64,000 nucleotides of DNA from an uncultured delta proteobacterium (GTDB taxonomy: Bacteria; Myxococcota_A; Polyangia; Polyangiales; Polyangiaceae), in assembly GCA_963716725.1 (NCBI GenBank), contig CAVQUB010000034.1, positions 96,001-160,000 on the forward strand. The letters are read 5' to 3'. Below, in pieces: positions 20,807 through 31,528 of the stretch. The first letter of the stretch is position 1. Each line of letters begins with the position of its first letter. Position numbers and translations under genes: made by a program. The notes under the pieces were generated by a model. It was not told the origin of the DNA. It saw nothing but the letters and a program-made list of their open reading frames with translations, and did no database searches.

Positions 20807-21754
20807 ATGAACCCCTTGCTCTCGGACGCCACGACGCGGTGGCTGCTCGCCGGTGATCCGACGGTGGTCTGGCAAGTGCAGCGCGATTTGCTCGGGAGAG
20901 CAGCGTCCACGTGGCAGGCGACTCGACGCAAGATCGCCACCCAGGGCTGGGGAGCGCGATTGCTCGCGCGGCGCGCCGCTGACGGTACGTGGGGCGGCGG
21001 GCTCTACAACCCCAAGTGGACGTCGACCTTCTACACGCTGCAACTCCTCACGCAGTTGGGACTCGCACCGAACAACTCCCAGGGCAGGTCCAGCTGCCGC
21101 TTGCTGCTACGGGAAGGAGTCACCACCGGCGGTGGCGTATCGCTCTGGCCGTCGCGGTCCACCGACACCTGCGTGACTGCGATGCTGCTGCACATGGCCT
21201 GCCACTTCGGCTTTGGGCGGGACGAGCGCGTAGAGCGCATGACCCAATGGCTGCTCGGGGAGCAGATGAGCGACGGCGGCTGGAATTGCCGCCGCGAGCA
21301 CAAAGGCGCCACTCATTCCTCGTTTCACACCACCATCAGCACACTGGAAGCGCTGGCGGCGCTGCCCGCGACACCGGGGCGTCGGCGAGCCGTCGACAAA
21401 GCGCTCAGAGCGGGTCGGGAGTTCTTCCTTCAGCATCAGCTGTATCGCTCTTCGAGCACCGGCGGCATCGTGCGACCGTCGTTCTCACGGCTGTCATTCC
21501 CGCCTCGGTGGTACTTCGACCTGCTCCGGGGTCTGGAGCATTTCGCCATGGTCCGAGCAAACTGGGATCCGCGGCTCGCCGACCCGGTTGCGGTGCTCGA
21601 TTCACGCCGCGACAAGCGCGACCGATGGCACGCGCAGAACCCGCACCCGGGACTCGAGCACTTCCAACTCGAAGCCGGGCGCGCCCCAAGTCGGATCAAC
21701 ACGCTGCGCGCGTTGCGCGTGTTGAGCTGGGTGAACGCGAGCCGCCCAGGCTAG
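20807..21754 (+). CDS. Prenyltransferase/squalene-cyclase repeat-like protein
   Basis: DGTWGGGLYNPKW, QMSDGGWNC, SSFHTT, FPPRWYFDLLRGL. Confidence 0.75.
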   Translation: MNPLLSDATTRWLLAGDPTVVWQVQRDLLGRAASTWQATRRKIATQGWGARLLARRAADGTWGGGLYNPKWTSTFYTLQLLTQLGLAPNNSQGRSSCRLLLREGVTTGGGVSLWPSRSTDTCVTAMLLHMACHFGFGRDERVERMTQWLLGEQMSDGGWNCRREHKGATHSSFHTTISTLEALAALPATPGRRRAVDKALRAGREFFLQHQLYRSSSTGGIVRPSFSRLSFPPRWYFDLLRGLEHFAMVRANWDPRLADPVAVLDSRRDKRDRWHAQNPHPGLEHFQLEAGRAPSRINTLRALRVLSWVNASRPG

Positions 21755-21837
21755 AGGCTGGGAAAACGACGCATCGAACGCGGCGTCCACCTCGTCACGG
21801 CTGCTGACCCGAACGGCTCGCGGTGCTACCGAGGGGC

Positions 21838-22527
21838 ATGCGCACCCTCGCCACGACCTCGCCGCTACTCACCCTGGTTGGGCTGATTGCCTGCGGCTCG
21901 CCGCCGAAGCAGGCCGCAGCACCTGCGGCGACGTCCGACGCTGCGCCCGCGGGTCAGGCCGACACACCCGAGACGCTTCCCGAAACCGCCGCGCCGGCTG
22001 CCCGATCGGCGGCGCATGCCTGCGAGGCGGGAAAGGCCTCCGAGTGCATCGCGCTCGGCGTGGGCTATCAGAACGGCGCCCTCGGTCTGCCGGCCAGCGA
22101 CGCGCGGGCCGCGGATTTGTATCAGCGCGCTTGCGATCTCGGCGACACGAAGGGCTGCAACAACCTCGCCGTGATGTTCGAGAAGGGCGAAGGTCGCGCC
22201 GCCGACGCCAAGCGGGCCTTGGAGCTCTACGGGAAGTCCTGCGAAGCGAAGCACGCCCTTGCCTGCCGCAACCTCGGGCGCTTCTACCGCGATGGCCTCG
22301 GAGGGAGCGCCGACGCCGCGAAGGCCAAGGCCGCGTTCGGCACGGCCCGGGAGCTTTCGACTCGAGCCTGTGGCTCTGGCGTTGCGGAGGGCTGCTCGAA
22401 TCTGGGCTTCATGTATCGGAGTGGCGCCGAAGGGATCGCCAAGGACGAGAAGCGCGCGACCGAGTACCTGAAGCGTGCGTGCCAGCTGGGTTATCGGGCC
22501 GTCTGCTCGTTGGTGAGTCCCCAATGA
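21838..22527 (+). CDS. Sel1-repeat lipoprotein
   Basis: Repeats of AC..G...GC.NLG..Y..G. Confidence 0.85.
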   Translation: MRTLATTSPLLTLVGLIACGSPPKQAAAPAATSDAAPAGQADTPETLPETAAPAARSAAHACEAGKASECIALGVGYQNGALGLPASDARAADLYQRACDLGDTKGCNNLAVMFEKGEGRAADAKRALELYGKSCEAKHALACRNLGRFYRDGLGGSADAAKAKAAFGTARELSTRACGSGVAEGCSNLGFMYRSGAEGIAKDEKRATEYLKRACQLGYRAVCSLVSPQ

Positions 22528-22558
22528 CTCTCCAGAGCGCGGCTGATAGCATCGCCGC

Positions 22559-23167
22559 ATGTTCCGACGAGGCACGGCCCTGATCCTCACGCTGACACTA
22601 CAGATGGGAGCCTGTGGCTCCACCTCGGACCAGGCAGAGGGCACGGCGTCGACATACACGTGCAAGAACCCAACCGCGGCCGTCGTTGCCTACGACAGCG
22701 GCTACGTGTCTTGTGACGGTTATTGGTCGCACCGCTCCGCGGTCGTGGCGTGCCAGACCAGCGTGCCCAGGGCCGGTTTTGTCTGCCAAGGCAACGTTGG
22801 AACACCGGGCTGCGCCACCGACGCAGACTGCGCGGGAACGCCCAACGGTTACTGCGCCTTCGGCCCGCCGGGCACCTGCGGGTGCCTCAGCGGCTGCCGT
22901 CAAGACGCCGACTGTGGAGCAGGGTTCGTCTGCGCATGCAACGAGGTCATGGGGAGTTGTGTGAAGGCGACCTGCAAGAGCGACGCTGATTGCAGCAACG
23001 GCAACCTGTGCGCAACCTACGATGCAATGCCGCACTGCGGGCAAACCGTGTTCGCATGCCAGAAGGGCGAAGACCAATGCGCGTCCTCGTCCGACTGCCC
23101 CGACAACCAGGGGTGCACCATTGCCGGTGGCCGCCGGGTTTGCCAGCCGCCGGATTGCGTCCAGTAG
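22559..23167 (+). CDS. Cys-rich lipoprotein
   Basis: GAC lipobox; repeated C..DADC. Confidence 0.75.
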   Translation: MFRRGTALILTLTLQMGACGSTSDQAEGTASTYTCKNPTAAVVAYDSGYVSCDGYWSHRSAVVACQTSVPRAGFVCQGNVGTPGCATDADCAGTPNGYCAFGPPGTCGCLSGCRQDADCGAGFVCACNEVMGSCVKATCKSDADCSNGNLCATYDAMPHCGQTVFACQKGEDQCASSSDCPDNQGCTIAGGRRVCQPPDCVQ

Positions 23168-23588
23168 TTGGAGCGCCGGCGCAGCACCGGCACCAGCTGG
23201 CACGCTGACTCGAAGACGACGCCTCCAAGTCCTGGCTGATCCTGGTGGGGTCGGTCAAACCGTGGGAATCGTCGACGCCCAGCTGTCAGGTCAACGGTTG
23301 GATCAAACCAGACAGTCTCACTGGCGGCTTTCTCTATCTTCCTGGCGAGCAGTCACCGACCACATTCGGTCTCTGACAGGGCACCCGAGCGTCCGGGCGC
23401 GTAGTGCGCGAGGCGCACCGTCAGGTGGAGGGCCCTCTCCGTGCGCTGCACATCCGCCGCGGAACCCGCACACGCCCCAGGCCGGTGCTCGGGGTCGCGG
23501 ACGTTCGCGCCGTCAAGACGGACGTTCGAGCCTGGCGGTCGCCTCCGCGAGGCCCCATCTCCGGAGGTTCCAAGAGGAGGAACGAATC

Positions 23589-24201
23589 ATGAAACTTCAC
23601 GGCCATCCGCTCTCCCAGAACTGCCGTCGCCCGGACCTGGTTGCCAAGCACCTCGGGCTCGATCTCGAGCAGGTCACTGTCGACTTCAAAGATTCTGAAG
23701 AGCCCGGCGTTCTTGCAGTTGAATCCGGCGGGCCGCATCCCGGTGCTGGTCGATGGCGATTTCGTGCTCAGCGAGTCCCGAGCCATCGCCCAGTACCTCG
23801 CCGGCAAGAAGCCCGGCTTGATGCCCTCCGATGAGCGCGGACGCGCCGACGTGGCGCGCTGGCAGTTCTGGGACGGCCAGCACTTCTCGTCGCCGCTCGG
23901 CACCCTCGCCTTCGAGAAGCTGCTCAAGCCCATGATGGGCATGGGCGAACCCTCGGAGACGGCCGTGACGAACGCGCTCTCGCGCTACGAGGCCTCGGCC
24001 AAGGTGCTCGACGGACACCTCGCCAAGAACGAGTGGCTGGTGGGCAAGAGCATGACCGTGGCGGATCTCTCCGTCGCCGCGTCGATGGCCTACGCGCTGC
24101 CGTCCGGAGCACCGATCGATCCCTATCCGCACCTGAAGGCCTGGTTCGGACGGATCCGCGAGCTGCCGGCCTGGCAGGCGACCGAGCCGAAGACCGGGTG
24201 A
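23589..24201 (+). pseudogene. Glutathione S-transferase with +1 frameshift near 23693
   Basis: GAGGAGG RBS; MKLHGHPLSQNCRR..VDFKD, then LKSPAFLQLNPAGRIP..LSESRAI in the next frame. Confidence 0.85.
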
Positions 24202-24204
24202 CGC

Positions 24205-25416
24205 TCAGGCGTCTCGCTCAGCGCTCAGGCGAATGAGCTGGGGCGTGGCCCGGGGGCCGCAGTTGCACACGAAACCCCCGGGCGAACGCGCCGGCAGCGA
24301 GGCCCCCAGCGCGTCCCAGACCTCCGGCGACTCGAGGCAGAGCGAGACGCGGCTCTCGGGCAGGTGTGCGCGGACGATGGCGCTGATCTCCGAGTAGATG
24401 CGCGCGCGCGTGTGCTCGGGGAAGGGCGCGCCCTTGTCGCCGCGCAGTGACTTCGCCGCCGCGCGAGCCGCTTCGAGCGCGCCAGAATCGAGCATGCCGA
24501 GGGGTACGATCCGCGGCAGCTCGTCGAGCTCGATCATGCTGAGGGTCCAGAAAGTGAAGAGCTCGGGAGAGCCGGCTCGGGCGATGCGGCGCGCGAGATC
24601 GTCGTAGGCGTCGCGATAGCCCGCGAAGGGCACGATGGGCGAGAAGCGGACGCGGACCGGATAGCCCGCACGGTGCAGCGCACCAAGCGCCTCGATGCGC
24701 GACGCCGGAGAGGGCGCGCCTTGCTCCAGGAGATCCGCGATGGGCTCGGGCGTGAGGGTGAACGAGGCCGCGGTCCGGCCGGCGTGGTCGAGATCGACCA
24801 GGTGCTCGACGCGGTCGCCCTTCGAATAGAGCAGCAGCGTCGGCCCACCGAGCCGCGCGAAGCGCTGGACCAAGGCCGCGGACAGTCCGTACTCGGGCTC
24901 GAGCGCCAGGGTGTCGCTGCGATTGTTCAGCTTCCACAGGGTCTGGCTCGGCCGTGACTTCACCAAGGCTTCCACCCGGTCCACGAAGGTCTCCACGTCG
25001 AGTCGGACGCATACGAACGAGGTGTATGGACAGTAGGCGCAATCGAAAGGACAACCGACCACCGATTGCACCTCGATGGCGGTCTGACACAAGACGCCGT
25101 GCTGCTGCGCCTGGGTGCGCCCGTTGCGGATCTCTCGCCACGAGTAGCCCGGAAATACCTCGCGCACCGCCGGGCCGTCGCCGAAGCGCGCGAAGGCGAC
25201 CAGGTCCTTGGGCTGCCCGCGGCCATCGAGCCCCGCCCGCGGCCGACCCGAGCGCGGACCGAGGGCCGAGATGCGCCGCTCGACCTCGTCGTCATCGAGG
25301 ATCTCGACCTTGCTCGACTCCACGAAGGGCAGCATCGCCTCGAGGCGACCCCGGCTGGGCGGATCCGTCAGCACGCTGCGAGCGATCAGCACACGTTCGG
25401 ATCGAAGCGGCTCCAC
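24205..25416 (-). CDS. Spore photoproduct lyase-like radical SAM protein
   Basis: GCPFDCAYC, SDTLALEP, LYSK, RFSPIVP, LCLES; start uncertain. Confidence 0.78.
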   Translation of the reverse strand: MEPLRSERVLIARSVLTDPPSRGRLEAMLPFVESSKVEILDDDEVERRISALGPRSGRPRAGLDGRGQPKDLVAFARFGDGPAVREVFPGYSWREIRNGRTQAQQHGVLCQTAIEVQSVVGCPFDCAYCPYTSFVCVRLDVETFVDRVEALVKSRPSQTLWKLNNRSDTLALEPEYGLSAALVQRFARLGGPTLLLYSKGDRVEHLVDLDHAGRTAASFTLTPEPIADLLEQGAPSPASRIEALGALHRAGYPVRVRFSPIVPFAGYRDAYDDLARRIARAGSPELFTFWTLSMIELDELPRIVPLGMLDSGALEAARAAAKSLRGDKGAPFPEHTRARIYSEISAIVRAHLPESRVSLCLESPEVWDALGASLPARSPGGFVCNCGPRATPQLIRLSAERDA

Positions 25417-25692
25417 CCTGAGATCGTGCCGTGCATTGGCACAAAGCGCCAAGAATCTAGGGACTGTCCCGATCCGAAGCTGCCGCTCGCGGATCCGCAC
25501 CCACTGGCGCCCGCCAACGCACGAACCAGCGTCAGCTCCATTCGTCTTGCGCCAACCGCTAGGCAGTTCGCGCCAACGGGGGGCATCTGCACGCCTTCCC
25601 ACGGATACCGTTGAAACGATGGCGCGTCGCCGAGCCATCGCAGCCACCAGGATAGATGGCGAGGGAACTCGGCGCACAACGCGGAGGAGAAA

Positions 25693-27027
25693 ATGTTCCG
25701 ACTCTTCTTGAATCTGTCGCTCTTGATCTTGGTGGTGTCCCTGTGCGCGTGCGGGGGTTCGGAGGACGGCAACAACGGCGCTGGGGGAACCGGAGGAGGA
25801 ACCGGAGGAGGAACCGGAGGAGGAACCGGGGGCAAAACCAGCGCCGTCGTTCCCAAGAAGGCGCCGGTGGGCGACCCGACTGGCGCACCGGTGAGCGCAT
25901 CGATCGGCCCCGAGGGCGGCGTGCTGGTCAGCGACGACGGACGCTTCGAAGTCGACCTGCCCGCCGGCGCGCTCGCTGCGCCGACGGACTTCAGCATTAC
26001 GCCTCTCGACAACACGGCCGGGGGTGGCGTGGGCACCGCGTATCGCGTGCTTCCCAACTTGCAACTCGCGAAGCCTGCGACCGTGCGCTTCAACTATGAC
26101 GACGCCGACGAACTGGGCTCTCTCCCGGAAGCCTTCGAGATCACTTACCAAGACGACGACGCCTTCTGGCGCATCGTGCAAGGCGCGGTCGTCGATGAAT
26201 TCGAGGGCACGGTCAGCGTGCAAACGGAACACTTCACCGACTGGTCGCTGATCCAGGTTTTCGAGTTGGCGCCCAGCAAGGCCAGCATCGAGCCCGGATC
26301 GAGCCTCGACTTCAAGTTGGTCTGGTGTGCGTCAGCACTGGGACCAGACCCCCTCGCGCCGATGTTCTACGACTGTAGTCCCGAGCTTTTCCCGCTGGGC
26401 TTGAAGACGGAGTGGTCCGCCAGCGCGGGCAGCATCGACAACCAGGGCAAGTACACCGCGCCCGGGACTGCCCCGACGCCGAATCCGGTGATCGTGACGC
26501 TGCGTGTGAACTACGACGGCAAGCTCTGGATCCTCCTGGGAGAGGTGTTGATCAGCGACGCAGGCACCTTCAAAGGTGAAATCAACCACGAGAGCCTGAA
26601 CCCCAGCTTTGCATTCAAAGCGCGCGTTGACACCGAGCTGTATTTGGAATCCCAGGACGAGACTGCGTTCTATGCAGCTCGCGGCACCATCAACGTCTTG
26701 ACGGACGTCGATGTCGGCGACGCCCTGTGCACGCTCGCTTCACCCACGGCCAAGTTCGACACGACCACGTCGAGCCTGGTGGCAATCTCCAAGAACGATA
26801 CCTACACCTTCCACTACGTCCTCACTCTCGCTTCCTCTGCGACCTGCAAACCCAAGGACCCGAGCAAGGCGGCGTACACGCTGCCAAACATGCCCGTGGG
26901 CCTGACCTTCTTGCCCGACTGCAACCCGTCGGCGAGCTTCGCGGTGACGGACCCGGCCCTCTTGAAGGATGCCGGCCAAGATGGCTGCTCGCAGAGCAAG
27001 GCGAACTGGGCGTTCAAGAAGCAGTAG
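25693..27027 (+). CDS. Lipoprotein with ZU5-like and Ig-like domains
   Basis: AGGAG RBS, lipobox, IGPEGG..LPAGAL..HFTDW; 12 bp Gly/Thr repeat at 25786-25830. Confidence 0.75.
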   Translation: MFRLFLNLSLLILVVSLCACGGSEDGNNGAGGTGGGTGGGTGGGTGGKTSAVVPKKAPVGDPTGAPVSASIGPEGGVLVSDDGRFEVDLPAGALAAPTDFSITPLDNTAGGGVGTAYRVLPNLQLAKPATVRFNYDDADELGSLPEAFEITYQDDDAFWRIVQGAVVDEFEGTVSVQTEHFTDWSLIQVFELAPSKASIEPGSSLDFKLVWCASALGPDPLAPMFYDCSPELFPLGLKTEWSASAGSIDNQGKYTAPGTAPTPNPVIVTLRVNYDGKLWILLGEVLISDAGTFKGEINHESLNPSFAFKARVDTELYLESQDETAFYAARGTINVLTDVDVGDALCTLASPTAKFDTTTSSLVAISKNDTYTFHYVLTLASSATCKPKDPSKAAYTLPNMPVGLTFLPDCNPSASFAVTDPALLKDAGQDGCSQSKANWAFKKQ

Positions 27028-27078
27028 CGCGCACGCCAACACCAAGTCCGTGCCTCGAGGTTGCGCTGCTTGCAGCCC

Positions 27079-27670
27079 CTAGTAACGAAATCTCCAAACC
27101 AAGTCGACGGCGGCGCTGCCCGCATTGCCCAGCTCGGTGCGCAAGGACCAGCGTGGCGAGAAGCGCCAGTCCAGCGTTCCCGTAAGCGCATCGAACTGCT
27201 CCTGGGGACCGATCTCCTGGCTTTCGGTCTCCTGGGTGTAGCTGCCCTCCAACCACAGTCCCTCGGCCAGACGCACGGCCGCTGCCGCTCCGGTTCGCGC
27301 GTTGTCGCTCTTTGCCCGGAGCTGTAGGCCCTCGAGCGGCGTGTTCTCGAGCATTTGCGTGACTCCTTGGAGCGCGAGGGCGCTGGCCAGAGCAACATCG
27401 CCGCTTCCACCGAGCAGGCGCGCCAGGATCTCGGACTGCGGAAGGCCGGGATCACTGCGCAGCGTGAGGTGTGCCTTCTTCAAGGTGCCGCTCAGATCAA
27501 TGAAGATGACCGTGCCATCCTGCGCGGTCCACTTTGCGCAGCTGAATGTCCGACAAGACTCGCTTGCCGGGTGGATAGTCCCGCTTGAGGCAGCCAGTAG
27601 CGAGGGAGAGCGAGCACAGCAGGGCGAGCCAGAGCCCCGGTTTTGCCCCTCCCCGCCGGCGGACAAAACG
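27079..27670 (-). pseudogene. TamB C-terminal fragment joined to the 5' end of a TamA/BamA-like lipoprotein gene
   Basis: KWTAQDGT..LTLRSDP..EILARLL...DLVWRFRY; upstream in another frame LATGCLKRDYPPGKRVLSDIQL. Confidence 0.6.
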
Positions 27671-27737
27671 CCGTCTGTCTTGGAGCCTTCTCAGTCCGAG
27701 GAAACCGACCACAGGTCCGCGCCGTAACAACCGAACG

Positions 27738-28517
27738 ATGCGAAGACTCGCCGTGCCCCTACTCCTCGGACTCGCCGTCGCGGCCTGCGACAGCAAACCC
27801 GCCGCTCCCCTCGCCCCCGCCGCGTCCGCGCTGCCCGCCGCTGAGAAGCGCTCCGAGTCCGCCAAGACCTTTGCCATCGAGGCCGCCAGCAGCAAGGTCA
27901 CGTTCTTGATGCAAGCGCCCTTCGAGAAGATCCACGGCGACGCCGAGGGCAGCGCCAAAGGCGAGCTCTTCATCGACCCGTCGGACATCTCCAAGACCGC
28001 GGGTCTGATCGAAATCGACCTCGACAAGCTGGTGCTCTACCAGCAAAAGCGGCAGGACGAGAAGTCGGACTACGGTGAGCGCAAGAAGAGCGACCAACAG
28101 AACGAGCACGCGAAGACCTGGCTCGAGATCTCACCCGACGCTCCCGCCGCGGAGCGCGAGCTCAATCGCTGGGTCCAGTTCCGCATCGACAAGGTCATCG
28201 AGTCGTCTGCGCCGGACGTCAGCAAGCTGACCGGCGCCGAGCGCAAGATCACCGCCACCGTCGAAGGCGAGCTCCGCCTGCACCAGCGCAAGGTGCGCAA
28301 GCAAGCCAAGGTCGAGGCGACCTTCAAATACGACGGCGACAAACCGGTCAGCGTCAGCATCAAGACCACCGCGCCGGTGGTCGTGGATCTCGACGCCCAC
28401 GACGTGCGACCGCGGGAGCTCTTCGGCAAGCTGGCGCAGAAGACCCTGTCCGACATGGGGCAGAAGGTCGCAAAAGAGGCGCCCATCGAGTTCCAGATTT
28501 CAGCGAACCTGAAGTGA
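27738..28517 (+). CDS. YceI family lipoprotein
   Basis: AAC lipobox; SKVTF..APFEKIHG, GELRLH. Confidence 0.75.
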   Translation: MRRLAVPLLLGLAVAACDSKPAAPLAPAASALPAAEKRSESAKTFAIEAASSKVTFLMQAPFEKIHGDAEGSAKGELFIDPSDISKTAGLIEIDLDKLVLYQQKRQDEKSDYGERKKSDQQNEHAKTWLEISPDAPAAERELNRWVQFRIDKVIESSAPDVSKLTGAERKITATVEGELRLHQRKVRKQAKVEATFKYDGDKPVSVSIKTTAPVVVDLDAHDVRPRELFGKLAQKTLSDMGQKVAKEAPIEFQISANLK

Positions 28518-28520
28518 AGC

Positions 28521-31466
28521 TCAGCGCCGCACCTGTTCGCGCCCGACACGCAGCTTGACGCTTCCTGAAGCGCGCTCGACCTCGATCACCACGTCGGTGC
28601 GCGTCGGGCCGCTGAGCCGCGAGCGCGCGTCCCGCATGTCGACCACGTCGTGGCCGTCCACCGAGAGCACCACATCCCCCACTGCGAGCCCGGCGCGCTC
28701 CGCCTCGCTCGCGTCGGCCACGTGCACCACGACGACCTCGAGATCGTCACCGTCGCCGCGCTCGCCGAGTGTGACCGCCACGCTGCCGCTCACGGTCGGA
28801 TCGTCGTCGCCGGCGGCGTGGGTCAGACGCAGCGTGATGCCGGTGACGTTGCGCCCCGATTGGATCACGACGTGGGCCACGCCTCGACCCACGTCGGGCG
28901 CGTAGGCCTCGATCTCGGCCTTGCCCGGCGCGACGCCGCTCAGCTTGAAGCGGCCCTTGGCGTCGGTGACGGCCATGCCCGTCGGCAGAGTGCCCGCGGG
29001 CAAATAGGCCGGCACGACGCCGGCGCCGACCCGGGCGCCCTGCACCGGTTTGCCCTGCGCGTCGGTCACCACGCCCTCGACGCCGCCGCCCTCGCTCAGA
29101 TCGATGGTTGGAAGCTCGAAGGCGCGGTCGGCGCGGCCGGTGGCAGTCACCGTCGCGGTCGCCTCGGCGTTGGCGAAATCAGGGTGTGCGACGATGATGT
29201 GCACCGGCGCCGCGGCCACGTCCTTGATCCGGTAGATCCCGTCCTTGTTGGTGAGAGCCGCGAAGCGGCGTCCCTCCGAGACCAAGGTCACGCTGGCCCC
29301 CTCGACGGTGCGTCGACCACGGACCGAGGTCACGCTGCCCTCCACCAATACGCCTCGGCTGAGCGCGATCTCGAGCTTGTCACCGGCCTTTGCCACCTGG
29401 CGCACCGCCACGCCGAAGCCCGGGGCTTCGACCACGACGCGCAGCTCGAGCCCGCGCGCGTCCGCGATGGTGGCCTTGCCGTCGGACGAGGTGAAGACCG
29501 TCTGGCGCAGCGGCGCGCTGGGATCGAGGGAGAGCACCGCGACCTGAGCGGCGTCGACCGCCCGACCGCTCTCGTCGACCACCGAAACAGTGAAAGCGTC
29601 GCGCGGAGCGGGCAGCTCGACGGTGAGGTTGGTGCGCCCGCCCTCGGGGACCTCGATGGTCTTTCGCACCACGAGCTTGGACGGATCCTCGGGCCGCGCC
29701 ACGGACACGATCACCTCTTCGGGCACCGACGCGAAGGCGAAGCTGCCGTCGGTGGCGGTGAGGGTCGTGCGTTCGAGCGTGCCGCGAGCCGCCGTAAGAT
29801 CGACGCGCGCGCCGGACACGCCGCGCCCCGACGCATCGACCACGCGCCCCTCGATGGCGCCGCCGGCGAGCAACACGATCTTCACCTTGGCCCGACCACC
29901 CGGCTGAACGTTGACGGGATCGCTGAAGCCCTCGACGTATGCCGGGTGACGGACCAGCGCCCGCACGCGCCCCGGCGTGACGGGATGCGCTTCGAATTTG
30001 CCATCGAGCCGCGTGACCCAGGGCTCGAAGGCGAGCGGCGCCGAGTCGACGGTGTCCACCGGCTGCCCAGTGCCGCGCGGGATGGGCGGGATCGGACCCG
30101 GCATCACACCCAGCTCGCCCGCGGGAATGAGCGGCCGCGGACCGGCGAGCGCCCACTCGAAATGGGACCGACGGAAGGCCATCGTGGACGGCGAGTCGGC
30201 GATGGGCAGTCCGAACAGATCGATGCCGATGATCTCGACCGTCGCGCCGTCCACCGCCGCGCCCTTCGAGTCCACGACCTCTCCGTCCAGGGTCCCACCT
30301 CGCATCAGCTGGATCTGCACCGGTCCGTCGAGCACCTCGGGCACGACCACGGCCGGACGGGTCACGAAGCCGTCGGCGCTGGCCGACACGGTGGCGGCGC
30401 CGGCGGAAATCGGGCCGAGCGTCACACTGCCGTCGCCGGCGGTGCGGCCTTGGATGGGGAACGAGCTGAGCCCACCTTCGGCCAGCACGACGTCAGCGTT
30501 TCCCACCGGCGTGGGGCGATCGGGCTCGTCGTCGGTGACCGAGACGACCACCATGCGGCCCGGTCCCAGCTTCAGCGTGAGCGTCTCGTGGGCGCCGCGC
30601 TGGACCTCGAAGCCGAACATCGTCTCGCTCACCTGATCACCCTTGGTGGCGCGCAGGTCGAAGTGACCCGCGACCAAACCCGCGATGCTCGCCGTCCCGT
30701 TGGCGTTGGTCTCAGCGCGGCGCGCGGGCCAGAGCGTCGAGCCCGTGATCGCCACCTGCGCGCCGGAAGCCGCAGAACCGTCGACGTTCTTCACGTGCAC
30801 ATCGAGGGACGCAAGCCGTCGGAGCGCCAGCGTCACGTCCGCGGTCACTCCCGATTGCGTCACCGATTCGTAGCCTGGCGCCGAAGCCTTCACCGTCCAC
30901 GGCGATCGCGGCAAGCTGGTGAAGCTCGCCACTCCGACGTTGCTCGTGAGCGCGCCGAAGGGCAGTGGATCTCCGGAGTTCACCAGAACGGTGGCGCGGG
31001 GGAGCGGGGCTCCTTCCTCGTCGCTGACCGTCACGCGCAAGGCCGCCGCGCGCTCGAGCTTCAACGCCGCGTACCGCTCCCCGCCTTCGAGCACGAGCCT
31101 GGTCGAGGCGCGCGCGTGGTGTGCTGCCTCGACGACCACCCAGACGGCGCCGCGCGGCAGTCCGCCGATCTCGATTCGACCGTCGTCGCCGCTGCGGCCC
31201 GTGCCCGCCAAGTAGAAGCGCTCGTCGCGCTCCCAGTACACACGCGCTTCAGCGCCGCGCACCGCAGCGTCGTCCGCTCCTGTGACGGCTACGACGATCT
31301 CCGCGTCGCGCTCGTCGACGTCCGCTGGCGGGGGAGGCGCTTGTAGAGCGAACGGGTGGGGCCGGAGCCCGACATCCACGACGCGCGCGAGCAGTACCCA
31401 GCACGCCAGTGCGGCGAGCACTCCGATCAGACGGTGAACGAGGCGGTCTCGCGACAAGGGCGGCAC
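28521..31466 (-). CDS. Carboxypeptidase-regulatory-like repeat protein with C-terminal PDZ
   Basis: Repeated GRVVD..G..V.GA; AERAGLAVGDVVLSVDG; start uncertain. Confidence 0.8.
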   Translation of the reverse strand: MPPLSRDRLVHRLIGVLAALACWVLLARVVDVGLRPHPFALQAPPPPADVDERDAEIVVAVTGADDAAVRGAEARVYWERDERFYLAGTGRSGDDGRIEIGGLPRGAVWVVVEAAHHARASTRLVLEGGERYAALKLERAAALRVTVSDEEGAPLPRATVLVNSGDPLPFGALTSNVGVASFTSLPRSPWTVKASAPGYESVTQSGVTADVTLALRRLASLDVHVKNVDGSAASGAQVAITGSTLWPARRAETNANGTASIAGLVAGHFDLRATKGDQVSETMFGFEVQRGAHETLTLKLGPGRMVVVSVTDDEPDRPTPVGNADVVLAEGGLSSFPIQGRTAGDGSVTLGPISAGAATVSASADGFVTRPAVVVPEVLDGPVQIQLMRGGTLDGEVVDSKGAAVDGATVEIIGIDLFGLPIADSPSTMAFRRSHFEWALAGPRPLIPAGELGVMPGPIPPIPRGTGQPVDTVDSAPLAFEPWVTRLDGKFEAHPVTPGRVRALVRHPAYVEGFSDPVNVQPGGRAKVKIVLLAGGAIEGRVVDASGRGVSGARVDLTAARGTLERTTLTATDGSFAFASVPEEVIVSVARPEDPSKLVVRKTIEVPEGGRTNLTVELPAPRDAFTVSVVDESGRAVDAAQVAVLSLDPSAPLRQTVFTSSDGKATIADARGLELRVVVEAPGFGVAVRQVAKAGDKLEIALSRGVLVEGSVTSVRGRRTVEGASVTLVSEGRRFAALTNKDGIYRIKDVAAAPVHIIVAHPDFANAEATATVTATGRADRAFELPTIDLSEGGGVEGVVTDAQGKPVQGARVGAGVVPAYLPAGTLPTGMAVTDAKGRFKLSGVAPGKAEIEAYAPDVGRGVAHVVIQSGRNVTGITLRLTHAAGDDDPTVSGSVAVTLGERGDGDDLEVVVVHVADASEAERAGLAVGDVVLSVDGHDVVDMRDARSRLSGPTRTDVVIEVERASGSVKLRVGREQVRR

Positions 31467-31528
31467 GATAACGCGGCCCCGGCCGGGGCGCTTCCAGCAC
31501 CGGCGAAGCGACCTGCTATGCTGCCCGG

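Noticed and set aside
28650..31346. Long antisense ORFs (also 1742-3346, 9716-12229, 16225-17955)
   Set aside because: Shadow ORFs expected in high-GC coding DNA
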